Assembly (NCBI GenBank): GCA_964487655.1
Contig: CAZASB010000002.1
Coordinates: 1 to 47,139, forward strand
Direction of reading: 5' to 3'
DNA length: 47,139 nt
From: an uncultured Planctomycetaceae bacterium
Lineage (GTDB): Bacteria > Planctomycetota > Planctomycetia > Pirellulales > Thermoguttaceae
Each line of letters begins with the position of its first letter. Within the stretch, counting starts at the first letter, position 1. Below the pieces are notes generated by a model. It made no database searches and was not told the origin of the DNA. It was given only the letters and a program-made list of their open reading frames with translations. The translations under genes and the position numbers were made by a program. Shown piece by piece: positions 8,181 through 17,154 of the stretch.

Positions 8181-9863
8181 ATGAGTGCCGTCTGGTTCAT
8201 CTTCCTAATCGGCTCCCTGAACGCCTGCCTCGGGTTTGCGATCGCGTTGCATCTCGGCAGGCGTTATCGGGCCAGTATCCCATCAGACGGGGACTTTGAC
8301 GACAGTATTTCTTGGGCAGAGAACCCGGCGGTCGACGCTTCGATGGAACTCGCCGAGAGAGCCGATCGAGGGGAGGCGGTCATGCCAAGCGTGCCAACCG
8401 GGTTGGGGGCCGCCTCTGAGCAGACGAGCCCCACCGCATCGAATGCCGCCGCTCTGCTTGACGGCGTTCCACACATAGTCGATGAGCCCGTGGATGTCGA
8501 CACCGGCGGAAAACACGCCGAGGCGGTGCCCGAGACGGAAAGGGATATGTTGCACCCATCGTCAGGTGGAATCTCCGAGTCGCCCATGGACGATGCGGTT
8601 ATCTCGCGTCAACCCAAGGAACTAGGCGGCGGGAGTCTGCAAGACACAACGGTCTTGCCGGAAGCAGCGGTGGGCGCTCCCGAAGGAAGCCCTAACGCGA
8701 GATCGAGTTCTTCGGTATCGGAAAGCGATGTGTCCTCGCTAGCTCGCGACGAGGAAGCAGGTGCAGCGGCTGACCCACTGGAAGTCGTGACTCTGGCATG
8801 TCCTGACGCTAACGCAGCCGATACATTGCCTCGGCGCCCGGCGAGTCCTTCCACCGGCGACAAGACGATCGAGGCCCTTCTTTCCGAGGTCGAGCAGTAT
8901 CAAGAGCAACTTGGCCAGACCGACTTGGAACTGCGGGCGCGGGCCGAGGATCCCGATAGCGACTCGCTCCGCGCGTGTCTGGAGTCGCTACTCGAGGCCA
9001 GCCGGGAGTATGCGGAACAGCGCGAGCAGGCCCAGGCGGGTCTCGATGATATCTGGGGCAAAACACCGGAGTTCGGGGCCGTTCACGGCAAGTTGGAAGA
9101 GGCCTTCAGACAGCAGGATGCGCAAATCGAGTCAACCGAGCGGGCCGTCGCCGCGTTCCCCTACGTCGACGACCTCAAGCAAGGATGTCGTGTTATGATT
9201 GGCGAAACCACCAAGCTGATCGACGCCAACCTGCGAGTGCGAGACACGCTCCAGGAAGTCGGTATCGAACTGGCTCGCGAGGAAAATCGCCTTACCGATC
9301 TGGAACCTGTAAGACTGCGCGACGCACTCACCGGTGCCGAGAGTCGCGAGTCGCTCGAGGGAGCATTGCTCCAATGGATGCAAGATGGCGACGAACGACT
9401 CGACACGCTTTCGGTAGCGGCCATCGATATCGACGAGTTTGGCCGGGTGAACGAGGAGTTTGGCCATACCGTGGGCAATCAGTTGCTTCATGCCTTCGGC
9501 AAGCTGATCATTGCCGAGACTGGGAACCGGGCACGGCTTGCTCGGTTCAGCGGTGAGTGCTTTGTCCTGTTGTTCCACGACTCCGACCTTCGCACCACGA
9601 CGAACGCCGTCGAGCGGCTTCGGCAGATCGTTGAGCTTGCCTGCTTCGAGTACAAACGATCCGAAATTCGGATCACGGTCAGTTGCGGTGTTGCGGAGAC
9701 AGTCGATGACGACACGCCCAACAGCGTCATGGCCCGCGCGGAGGCCACGCTCATGGAGGCGAAGCGTTACGGTCGGAATCGCACATTTATTCACGAGGGT
9801 AAGTATCCTACCCCGGTTGTGCCGCCGAAATTTCCCATCGAACAACGCCGGATGACGCTCTAG
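8181..9863 (+). CDS. Membrane-anchored GGDEF-domain protein with degenerate active site
   Basis: The ATG at 8181 is preceded by GGAG. The N-terminal TM segment is MSAVWFIFLIGSLNACLGFAIAL, followed by an acidic/Ser-rich linker and a coiled-coil segment. The C-terminal GGDEF fold is recognisable (RDALTGAESRESL, AIDIDEFGRVNEEFGHTVGN, RFSGECFVLLF, SCGVAE, EAKRYGRNR), but the GGDEF motif reads SGECF. Confidence 0.75.
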   Translation: MSAVWFIFLIGSLNACLGFAIALHLGRRYRASIPSDGDFDDSISWAENPAVDASMELAERADRGEAVMPSVPTGLGAASEQTSPTASNAAALLDGVPHIVDEPVDVDTGGKHAEAVPETERDMLHPSSGGISESPMDDAVISRQPKELGGGSLQDTTVLPEAAVGAPEGSPNARSSSSVSESDVSSLARDEEAGAAADPLEVVTLACPDANAADTLPRRPASPSTGDKTIEALLSEVEQYQEQLGQTDLELRARAEDPDSDSLRACLESLLEASREYAEQREQAQAGLDDIWGKTPEFGAVHGKLEEAFRQQDAQIESTERAVAAFPYVDDLKQGCRVMIGETTKLIDANLRVRDTLQEVGIELAREENRLTDLEPVRLRDALTGAESRESLEGALLQWMQDGDERLDTLSVAAIDIDEFGRVNEEFGHTVGNQLLHAFGKLIIAETGNRARLARFSGECFVLLFHDSDLRTTTNAVERLRQIVELACFEYKRSEIRITVSCGVAETVDDDTPNSVMARAEATLMEAKRYGRNRTFIHEGKYPTPVVPPKFPIEQRRMTL

Positions 9864-10019
9864 CCTGCCGTCGAAAGTCACTTATCTAACCGCCCAGGTC
9901 GCTCACATTACTCGACAGGAAAAAAACGGTAGGCGTATGTACCTGATCGGATGCAGCTATACCGATCGGATTCATTATTAGGCCCCAGAAAGACGACGGG
10001 AAGCGGCTTGAGCATGGCG

Positions 10020-11657
10020 TCACCTGGACTCGTTGGCGCGGATGTCGATGGGACCGTGGTTGGGCTGGCGCGGGCCGGGAGTGCTTCGCCCCTCGGCCAC
10101 GAGTCGTTCCAGTAGATCGATCAGCTCCCGGACTTTTTCGGGATGCTTCTGGAGCAGATTCTCCTGCTCGCCCAGGTCGTCGTCCAGATCATAAAGCTGC
10201 ATTGGCGGCAGCTCGGCAGCTTGCTTCGTGCCCGGCCGAGGCACGCTCCAACCGCCCGAGTCGGGGCACGTCAAGAGCTTCCATCGACCCTGGCGGATAG
10301 CAAAGCTCCCGTTGACCGAATGCGATACGAGCTGATCACGACCGCTGCTGGCGCCGGTACGAAGCGTCGCCAGGAAACTGATGCTGTCCTCGCCGGCGTT
10401 GGCCGGTAAGGAAAGGCCGAGAATCTCGGCTACAGCCGCCATGACGTCGCTCTGGCAGACGAGCTGGTTGCTCTTGGCTCCGGCGGGAATCTGCCCGGGC
10501 CATCGCACAATGAGCGGAATACGATGTCCACCCTCGAACAGGTCAGCCTTGTGGCCTCGCAGTGGGCCGCTGGGATGATGCTCGTACTCGGCCAACTCGT
10601 CGAACTTCGCCTGCGGAGAACAGCCGTTGTCGCTGGTGAATAGAACCAGCGTCTTCCCAGCAAGCTGGTGCTGGTCAAGAGCCTTGAGTATCTCGCCCAC
10701 GGCCCAGTCGGTTTCCATGACGAAGTCGGCATACGGGTTGATGCCGCTCTTACCCTGCCACTGGGGTGTAGGCAAGATGGGCGTATGCGGCGAAGTAAAC
10801 GGTACATACAGGAAGAAAGGTCGTCCGCCGCGTGCGTCCGCTGCGCACCGATCGATATATTCGATCGACTTGCGGGCGAGAATGGGCAGTACGTCGGCGG
10901 CGTCGAAGTCGGGCGCGGTGGGGCCCTTTCGAGTTCGCCGGCTCGGCGTGTGGTCGTGCATCATCGGAAAGTCGCGATCCTGGGTTGGCAGCGATGCAAC
11001 CTGGTCGTTTTCGATAAAGGTGTACGGCACCATGTCGAGTGACGCACTGATGCCGTAGTAGTAGTCGAATCCAACGCTATTCGGCCCGTTCGTAATCGGC
11101 TGCGCGAAGTCGACGTTGAACACCTGCTCGCGCGGCTCGATGCTCAACTCCGAGACTTTCACTCCTGGCTTGACGCCCCAATCCATGCCCAGGTGCCATT
11201 TACCGATGCATGCCGTATGGTACCCTTCCGCCTTAAGCATCGACACCAGCGTCATTCGGCCGGGCTCGATGAGTCGCGGGCTGAGGCCGCCCAGCACGCC
11301 GCGTTGCAGCTTTGTGCGCCAGTTGTATCGTCCCGTAAGCAGCCCGTAGCGCGTTGGCGTGCAGACCGACGAGGTGGAATGCGCGTCGGTGAAACGCATG
11401 CCTTCAGCGGCTAGGCAGTCGACATTCGGCGTCGGAATCTTCCCGCCATAGCAACTAACGTCGGCATAACCGAGATCGTCGGCAAGTATTAGTACGATGT
11501 TTGGTACACTGCCAAGTGTCTCTTTTCCATCGCATTTCGTCGCTGTTATTGACAGACTTGGGGTGACGAGAGCAAGTATAAGTGTAGCTATTCTATGTAG
11601 CAATGAGCCCAGTGAATAAGAAGAGGCATCGCTTCCCCTACGGAGCATGGGTTGCAT
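10020..11657 (-). CDS. Arylsulfatase (formylglycine-dependent sulfatase family)
   Basis: PNIVLILADDLGYADVSCYG, the C-x-P-x-R formylglycine motif SSVCTPTRYGLLTGR, and GKWHLG. A hydrophobic signal segment is present (LLHRIATLILALVTPSLSITA). The exact start among the N-terminal Met codons is uncertain. Confidence 0.85.
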   Translation of the reverse strand: MQPMLRRGSDASSYSLGSLLHRIATLILALVTPSLSITATKCDGKETLGSVPNIVLILADDLGYADVSCYGGKIPTPNVDCLAAEGMRFTDAHSTSSVCTPTRYGLLTGRYNWRTKLQRGVLGGLSPRLIEPGRMTLVSMLKAEGYHTACIGKWHLGMDWGVKPGVKVSELSIEPREQVFNVDFAQPITNGPNSVGFDYYYGISASLDMVPYTFIENDQVASLPTQDRDFPMMHDHTPSRRTRKGPTAPDFDAADVLPILARKSIEYIDRCAADARGGRPFFLYVPFTSPHTPILPTPQWQGKSGINPYADFVMETDWAVGEILKALDQHQLAGKTLVLFTSDNGCSPQAKFDELAEYEHHPSGPLRGHKADLFEGGHRIPLIVRWPGQIPAGAKSNQLVCQSDVMAAVAEILGLSLPANAGEDSISFLATLRTGASSGRDQLVSHSVNGSFAIRQGRWKLLTCPDSGGWSVPRPGTKQAAELPPMQLYDLDDDLGEQENLLQKHPEKVRELIDLLERLVAEGRSTPGPRQPNHGPIDIRANESR

Positions 11658-12040
11658 CGGTACACCTGCGGCAAGACGGGCGGTTTTCGGGACGTCGGAC
11701 TCGCGAGCCTGACGCGCACATCAGTATCGACGACCGGCGACTGCGGGTCAACATGCGCGGGGGCTGGTACCTGAAGCGGGAGGACCACAATGGGACGCAA
11801 GCGTAAAGAACGGCAGCAGGCGCATGGGTCGGCCTGACACGCCGTCTCAAAACCGGGACGGAAGGTGCGCAGAGCCGATCCGTCGAATAACTGAGGCGAG
11901 CCACTACTCGTCCGACGCGCGAAAGAAAGAGACAAGGCTTAGAGACAAGCGACCTGTCTCAACGTCGCTCGGCAATGCGTGGTCTTTGGGCCTCACGGAA
12001 GCGGGCCACATCGACTCGATAAGCCGCAAGCCGGGAAGAC

Positions 12041-12703
12041 TTACCAGCCAAACAGCCACCCCCAGAACCCGCCACCATCGCCGCCGTTGCCGCCGCCGTT
12101 GCCGCCGCCGTTGCCACCACCGTTGCCACCACCGTTGCTACCACCGTTGCTACCACCGTTGCCGCCACCGTTGCCACCACCGTTGCCGCCACCGTTGCCA
12201 CCACCGTTGCTACCACCGTTGCCGCCACCGTTGCCACCACCACCACCTCCGGAGCCACCTCCGTTGCCACTATTTGAGTCTCCATCGGAGTCTTCACTGG
12301 AACTATCGTCGGCATCGCTGGTCGCGTCGTCGCCCATGTCGGTGCCCGTACCCGTACCACCGGAACTGCCGTCGGCATTGTCGGTTTGGCCGGTGCCGCT
12401 TCCACCCGAAGCGTTCGAGTCAGTCTGACTGGCACCCGAGGCACCGCCGCCAGACGAGTCAGACGAACTGCCGTTCGCCGGAGTTTGCGGCGTAATTCCC
12501 GCGCCGCCGAGCCGAGTGTGATTGGTAAGCTGCCGCGGATCGCCCACCGCGACGGCGGTGGAAGCGAGTTCTTCGGACGCGTTACGCCCGAGCTGGATGA
12601 CCGTGACAATGATGGCCAGCGCAACCACGCCAAGAACAAAGGCCATTTCGGTCGTTCCGATCCCACGGCGACGAATTGGATGACATAGACCCATATTTCT
12701 CAT
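12041..12703 (-). CDS. Flp/Tad-type prepilin-like protein with long Gly/Asn/Ser/Asp-rich C-terminal extension
   Basis: The ATG at 12703 is preceded by GGAG 7 nt upstream. The N-terminus RRRGIGTTEMAFVLGVVALAIIVTVIQLGRNASEELASTAVAV aligns residue for residue with the Flp pilin pattern G-xxxx-E-[YFM]-hydrophobic helix-LG-x-N (compare Caulobacter PilA, ESGATAIEYGLIVALIAVVIVTAVTTLGTNLRTAF). About 150 aa of low-complexity sequence follow, ending GGDGGGFWGWLFGW. The ORF-track N-terminal extension to 12931 is discounted. Confidence 0.55.
   Translation of the reverse strand: MRNMGLCHPIRRRGIGTTEMAFVLGVVALAIIVTVIQLGRNASEELASTAVAVGDPRQLTNHTRLGGAGITPQTPANGSSSDSSGGGASGASQTDSNASGGSGTGQTDNADGSSGGTGTGTDMGDDATSDADDSSSEDSDGDSNSGNGGGSGGGGGGNGGGNGGSNGGGNGGGNGGGNGGGNGGSNGGSNGGGNGGGNGGGNGGGNGGDGGGFWGWLFGW
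12086..12241 (-). repeat. Coding tandem repeat, 13 x 12 nt (GTTGCYRCCRCC on the + strand = G-G-[G/S]-N on the coding strand)
   Basis: Thirteen head-to-tail 12-mers can be read directly: gttgccgccgcc x2, gttgccaccacc x2, gttgctaccacc x2, and so on. They encode NGGG/NGGS units in the tail of the 12041-12703 gene. Confidence 0.9.
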
Positions 12704-12890
12704 GTTATTTCTCCACAATACGTGACCCACACAATACTTTTCTTCAAGCCTAGCTTGCCCTGGCGGGGCGTCACTTCGCTGACACGTCGCTTCCAGCTTT
12801 TCCCGGTTCTCGTATGGACACTTATCCGGTCCGTAGGGTATGATAACTGCCGTAACCCTTCCGTCATTCTTGCTTCCGGGTGTTCTTCCG

Positions 12891-14042
12891 ATGGCTACCA
12901 CAACCTTTTTAGAGGGAAGTGCCACCCGCACGTGGGGTGGACATCCGGCCGTTCATTGTTGCGACGAATTGATTGCCCGATACAAGCAAATCCTCGATCA
13001 GCAACGATTGAGTTGGACGGAACACCATCAGTTGCTTCGCGTACTGGGTTCCGGCGGTCAGGGCGTCGTGTACTTGAGTGAACGGCGCGGCACGGACAGT
13101 TTCACGCTGCCGGTGGCCGTAAAGGTCTTCTCGCCGGAGCGGTATGAGGACGAACGATCGTACGACGAAGCAATGGGTCGCATGGCCCAGGTGGCCGCTC
13201 ACGTGGCCCAAATCCAGCAGGACAACCTACTCGATGTCCACAACTGGATCGACCGAGAGCGCATTCGCTTGATGGAGATGGAGTGGGTTGACGGGTTCGA
13301 CCTGAAGCAACTACTCACCACGAAGATGCTCGAGTGGATTCACTACCACGTGAGCAACAAGCGGTGGCGGTACATCAACCAGGTGATTGTAACGGCGGGG
13401 CCGATCCAGCCTCGCGTGAAGCCAGGCGTTGCGATTGCGATTGTGCGCGACTGCCTTGCCGCGCTGGCCGCGTTGCACCGGCATGGGATCGTTCACGGCG
13501 ACCTGAAGCCGTCGAACATCATGCTCAAGCGGACGGGAAACGCGAAGATCGTCGACTTGGGGTCGGCGTTCGAGATGGAGGATGTGCCGGGCCGGCGGAG
13601 TTGCACGCCTACCTATGCCGCCCCCGAGGTCCTCGATGGCGAGGCTTGCACGCCGCGCAGCGACTTGGCCAGCCTGGGGTATGTGCTCATTGAAATGCTG
13701 TCGGGTTCATCGCCTTTCGCCGGCTTGAAGAGCTACCAGGAACTTCTGGAGGCGAAGCGATTTTTGGCCCAGCGGCTTGCCCGCATCCTGCCGGAAGAAG
13801 TCGTGTGCAATGAGCTTCTGATGAGCTTTTGTCGAGGATTGGTGGCTCCGGATCCGTCGCGCCGCTTCCCCAGCGCTGAAGCGGCCGAGCTGGTGAAGGA
13901 GGGCGCGGCCAGTTTCCACCGACAGTTGATCAAGGGCGACCTGGCCAGCGAATACGACAACGAAATTCGCCTCTGGCTCGAGGAACTCGAGTGCTTGGGC
14001 GAGGACGGCGCGGGATCACCGCCGGAACAAGAGCAGTCATAG
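12891..14042 (+). CDS. Ser/Thr protein kinase (Hanks type, soluble)
   Basis: G-loop GSGGQGVVYL, VAVKVF lysine, catalytic loop HGDLKPSNIML (non-RD), DLGSAF, TPTYAAPEV. ATG at 12891. The gene is divergent from the Flp-like gene across a 187-bp spacer. Confidence 0.8.
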   Translation: MATTTFLEGSATRTWGGHPAVHCCDELIARYKQILDQQRLSWTEHHQLLRVLGSGGQGVVYLSERRGTDSFTLPVAVKVFSPERYEDERSYDEAMGRMAQVAAHVAQIQQDNLLDVHNWIDRERIRLMEMEWVDGFDLKQLLTTKMLEWIHYHVSNKRWRYINQVIVTAGPIQPRVKPGVAIAIVRDCLAALAALHRHGIVHGDLKPSNIMLKRTGNAKIVDLGSAFEMEDVPGRRSCTPTYAAPEVLDGEACTPRSDLASLGYVLIEMLSGSSPFAGLKSYQELLEAKRFLAQRLARILPEEVVCNELLMSFCRGLVAPDPSRRFPSAEAAELVKEGAASFHRQLIKGDLASEYDNEIRLWLEELECLGEDGAGSPPEQEQS

Positions 14043-15047
14043 TTCGATCCGCTGCCCAAGTTCGTGGCTGCGGCGCGCCTGCTGCACGATCCACAGCGCC
14101 CGATACGCGTCTTCCAGGTCACACGCGCGGCGCAGCAAACTGGTGACGGCGCGGTGGAAGTGGTTCAGAAGCTGCTCGCCAACGGGCCGTTCGCCGCCGA
14201 GCGATTCCTGATGCCGGCCGGCATCGTCAAACCAGACGAGCGAAGCCGGTAGGTCGACAAACGCGGTGCCGTTCTGACAGGCTATTTGCAGGTCGGCGAG
14301 CGGGCGGTATCCGATGGCTTCCTTCCAGTCAGCCGGGATATATCGGCCACAGCTAATCTGGGCCACCGGCCCGGTGCCCGGCTTCGCCCGCTCCGAGAAA
14401 TCGAGGGTCATCATCTGGTAGTCCTCGCACGGCATGTCGTCGTCGCCGAGGTGCATCAACCCGGTTACCCAAGTCGGTTCGCAGTCGACCACGTACCGGC
14501 ACCAGTCGACCAGTTCGATCAGGTCGCGAATGGCCAAATGCTGGAGCGAGCAGCCGGTCAGATGGCATTTGGCCGACGGCACGGCGATTCGGCGGTGGCA
14601 GAACAGCAAGCGAGAACTGCCAAGCCGGGTCGCTATCAGTTCCTTCAGGCGGATGGTGGCTGGTGCTTGCCGGCAGGGAAACTCGGCCACGAAGGCGATT
14701 CCCGTCTGCTCGACGCGTTGCTTCACCAGGCGGGCCTCGTCCGGCTCGAGGTCCAGGCCGGCGGCGCAATAGATTGCTTTCCCCGCCTCACAAGCGGCCA
14801 GAATCGGCAGCGTGCCGTACCACTGGGGCGCCAGGATCAGAATCGCATCGATATCTTCGCGACGAACCAACGCCCGATACCCGTCGACCGCACTGGCGCC
14901 AAACTCGCTGGCCGCCTGCTGTGCACGATGGCACACCTGATCGCACACGGCCCGAACGTCGAACCGGTCGGATAGTATGCGGAGTGCCGGCGCGTGCAGT
15001 TGCTGCCAGGCATCGCCCAGGCCGATCAGACCAACTCGGAGCTTCAT
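14037..15047 (-). CDS. Gfo/Idh/MocA family oxidoreductase
   Basis: The ATG at 15047 gives MKLRVGLIGLGDAW, a Rossmann-type N-terminus typical of this family. Length is about 336 aa. Its stop overlaps the convergent kinase gene by 6 nt. Confidence 0.65.
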   Translation of the reverse strand: MKLRVGLIGLGDAWQQLHAPALRILSDRFDVRAVCDQVCHRAQQAASEFGASAVDGYRALVRREDIDAILILAPQWYGTLPILAACEAGKAIYCAAGLDLEPDEARLVKQRVEQTGIAFVAEFPCRQAPATIRLKELIATRLGSSRLLFCHRRIAVPSAKCHLTGCSLQHLAIRDLIELVDWCRYVVDCEPTWVTGLMHLGDDDMPCEDYQMMTLDFSERAKPGTGPVAQISCGRYIPADWKEAIGYRPLADLQIACQNGTAFVDLPASLVWFDDAGRHQESLGGERPVGEQLLNHFHRAVTSLLRRACDLEDAYRALWIVQQARRSHELGQRIEL

Positions 15048-15428
15048 AAACGGCCCATTCGAGGAGTGTCCACGAGAACGCAAGAATCGGAATCGGGGTA
15101 AGAACCCCGATGACAGTCTACTTTATCGTCGTTGAAGCTGCTGCGACAGCCCCCCAAGCGTATAGTCTGTCGTTTGAATCCCGGAGTCGCCCTTCGGCCA
15201 GCGGAAACGTGGCCCTGCTTCCGCGCCGCTTTGGGACGATCAAGAAAAATCGCTACGATCCCCCTTGCCCGCAAGATTTCTTTGAGTAAACTACAAAGTT
15301 GCCATGAGTGGCGATTGGGCGTTCGTCCACAGGTTACGCCCCGCCGCTAATGCGGCCCCGTACGCCCTACCGTTTGGCCCCACCGGACGTCCCGCCAAGC
15401 TGCCCACCTGCCTTTTGGAGAATTGACC

Positions 15429-15842
15429 ATGATGAGCCTGATGTTGGCTGCCGCCATGCTTCTGCCGATCGCCACGTCAGAGAAAAAGACAGAAGCCGAA
15501 ACGTACGCGGCAGCCTACAAGGCTATTGTGGAGACAGGGAAGCCGATGGTCGTCATGGTTGGTACCGAGTGGTGTCCGCCGTGCCAAGCCATGAAGCGGC
15601 ACATCCTGCCCGAGCTTCGCAAGCGGCGGTGCTTCGGGAAGATCGTCTTTGCCCGGGTCAATGCCGACGATGAAGCGGGCTTGGCCAAGCGACTTACCGG
15701 TGGTGGCCCGGTCCCACAACTGATCATGTTCCGCAAGACGAAGAACGGTTGGGCCCGCCGCAAACTGATCGGCAAGCAGAGTGCCGAAACAGTCGAGCGA
15801 TTCGTCGAGCAGGGTCTCGCGCTGGACGCGGCCGGCAAGTAG
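15429..15842 (+). CDS. Thioredoxin-family protein with signal peptide
   Basis: WCPPCQ redox motif and hydrophobic N-terminus MMSLMLAAAMLLPIATS. The first ATG is at 15429 with GGAG 8 nt upstream; the ORF-track start at 15423 is TTG. Confidence 0.75.
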   Translation: MMSLMLAAAMLLPIATSEKKTEAETYAAAYKAIVETGKPMVVMVGTEWCPPCQAMKRHILPELRKRRCFGKIVFARVNADDEAGLAKRLTGGGPVPQLIMFRKTKNGWARRKLIGKQSAETVERFVEQGLALDAAGK

Positions 15843-15997
15843 CCCGATGCGGAGCGTTTAGCGATTGTGCCCATCGCCGAACCGGCCAACTGACAGGCTC
15901 GATTCAGAGCCATGGGTGTACTTCAGAGCCGCAGATACGATTCAGAGTCGGATGAGCGAAATAATTCGGGCTACAACAGCCCACCGACGCCACGCAG

Positions 15998-16993
15998 CTA
16001 CTCCCCGTTCGAGTGTGCGGTTGCAACCAGCATGTTCCCTTCGCGGAACGCCGTGGCCATGGCCATGGGGATATCGGCTTCGGCGAGTACGACCTTGGCC
16101 CGATTGCGAGCCACTTCAGCCTTCATTTCCTGCTCGCGAGCACTGGCCAGGGCGCGACGTTCCTCGGCTTTCGCCCGGGCAACACGCATGTCGGCGTTGG
16201 CTTGGTCGGTCTGAAGGCGGGCACCAATATTCTCGCCGACGTCAATGTCGGCAATGTCGATCGAAACAATCTCAAAGGCGGTCTGAGCATCGAGTCCACG
16301 CGCCAAGACGGCCTTCGATATCTTGTCCGGCTTCTCCATGACGGCCAAGTGGGTGTCGGTCGAGCCGATGGACGTGATGATGCCCTCGCCTACCCGAGCG
16401 ATGATCGTTTCTTCCGTGGCGCCGCCAATGAGCTGTTCGAGGTTGGTCCGCACGGTTACCCGAGCGCGCACTTTCAGTTCCACCCCGTTTCTGGCGATGG
16501 CGCTGAGGGTGCTTCTCTGGGAGCGTTGAGGATCGGGGCAGTCGATGACCTTGGGGTAAACGCTGGTTTGCACCGCTTCGAGGACGTCGCGCCCGGCCAA
16601 GTCGATTGCCGCGGCGCGGTCGAAGTCGAGGTCGATATCAGCACGATTGGCTGCGATGATCGCTCGAATGACGCTGGGAACATTGCCACCGGCCAGGTAA
16701 TGGGCCTCCAGCCGCCGCGTGGTAATGCCCGTGTCACGCTCCGACCCGGTGCCCGACTGGATGGCCATGATCTTCGCCTGCACAATCACCTTCGCGTTGA
16801 CCTTGCGAAGACTCATGCCCACCAGACTCCACAGGCTGATGTTGGCGTTGGACATGTACGCCTGGAACCAGATACCGCCGTACACGAGGACCAGGACCGC
16901 GAAGATGAACGCAAAAAAGAGGAAGACCAAGCCGCCGAAGATCATCAGGGGCGTATTGCCCTGCGCCAGCAGAATCGGTAACTGCCCAACCAT
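15998..16993 (-). CDS. floA: Flotillin-like protein FloA (UPF0365/YqfA family)
   Basis: Collinear similarity to B. subtilis FloA: [82 protein letters not shown]. The ATG at 16993 is preceded by GGAGG. Confidence 0.9.
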   Translation of the reverse strand: MVGQLPILLAQGNTPLMIFGGLVFLFFAFIFAVLVLVYGGIWFQAYMSNANISLWSLVGMSLRKVNAKVIVQAKIMAIQSGTGSERDTGITTRRLEAHYLAGGNVPSVIRAIIAANRADIDLDFDRAAAIDLAGRDVLEAVQTSVYPKVIDCPDPQRSQRSTLSAIARNGVELKVRARVTVRTNLEQLIGGATEETIIARVGEGIITSIGSTDTHLAVMEKPDKISKAVLARGLDAQTAFEIVSIDIADIDVGENIGARLQTDQANADMRVARAKAEERRALASAREQEMKAEVARNRAKVVLAEADIPMAMATAFREGNMLVATAHSNGE

Positions 16994-17154
16994 CGAATCG
17001 CCTCCGGTTGTGGGTGTAAGGGTCAAGCCGGCCTAGACGCCGTTTCCGGGAATCCCGACCATCGTGCAAGACTGCGTCTAGCATACCCAATTGGCCAGAG
17101 TGCGGCTAGTAGCCCTCCTACCCTTGTGCGGCAAAATTTCTCGCGGCTTCTCCA

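Noticed and set aside
11790-11837. 15-codon ORF (MGRKRKERQQAHGSA) with a GGGAGGA Shine-Dalgarno sequence
   Set aside because: It is too short and too low in information to support as a gene. It is noted only because of the strong SD.
11824-12495. ORFs encoding RCHHRC... and PPLPPPL... repeats across the 12-nt tandem repeat
   Set aside because: All frames are open across the repeat. Only the minus-strand frame 12041-12703 has an SD, an ATG and a recognisable N-terminal domain.
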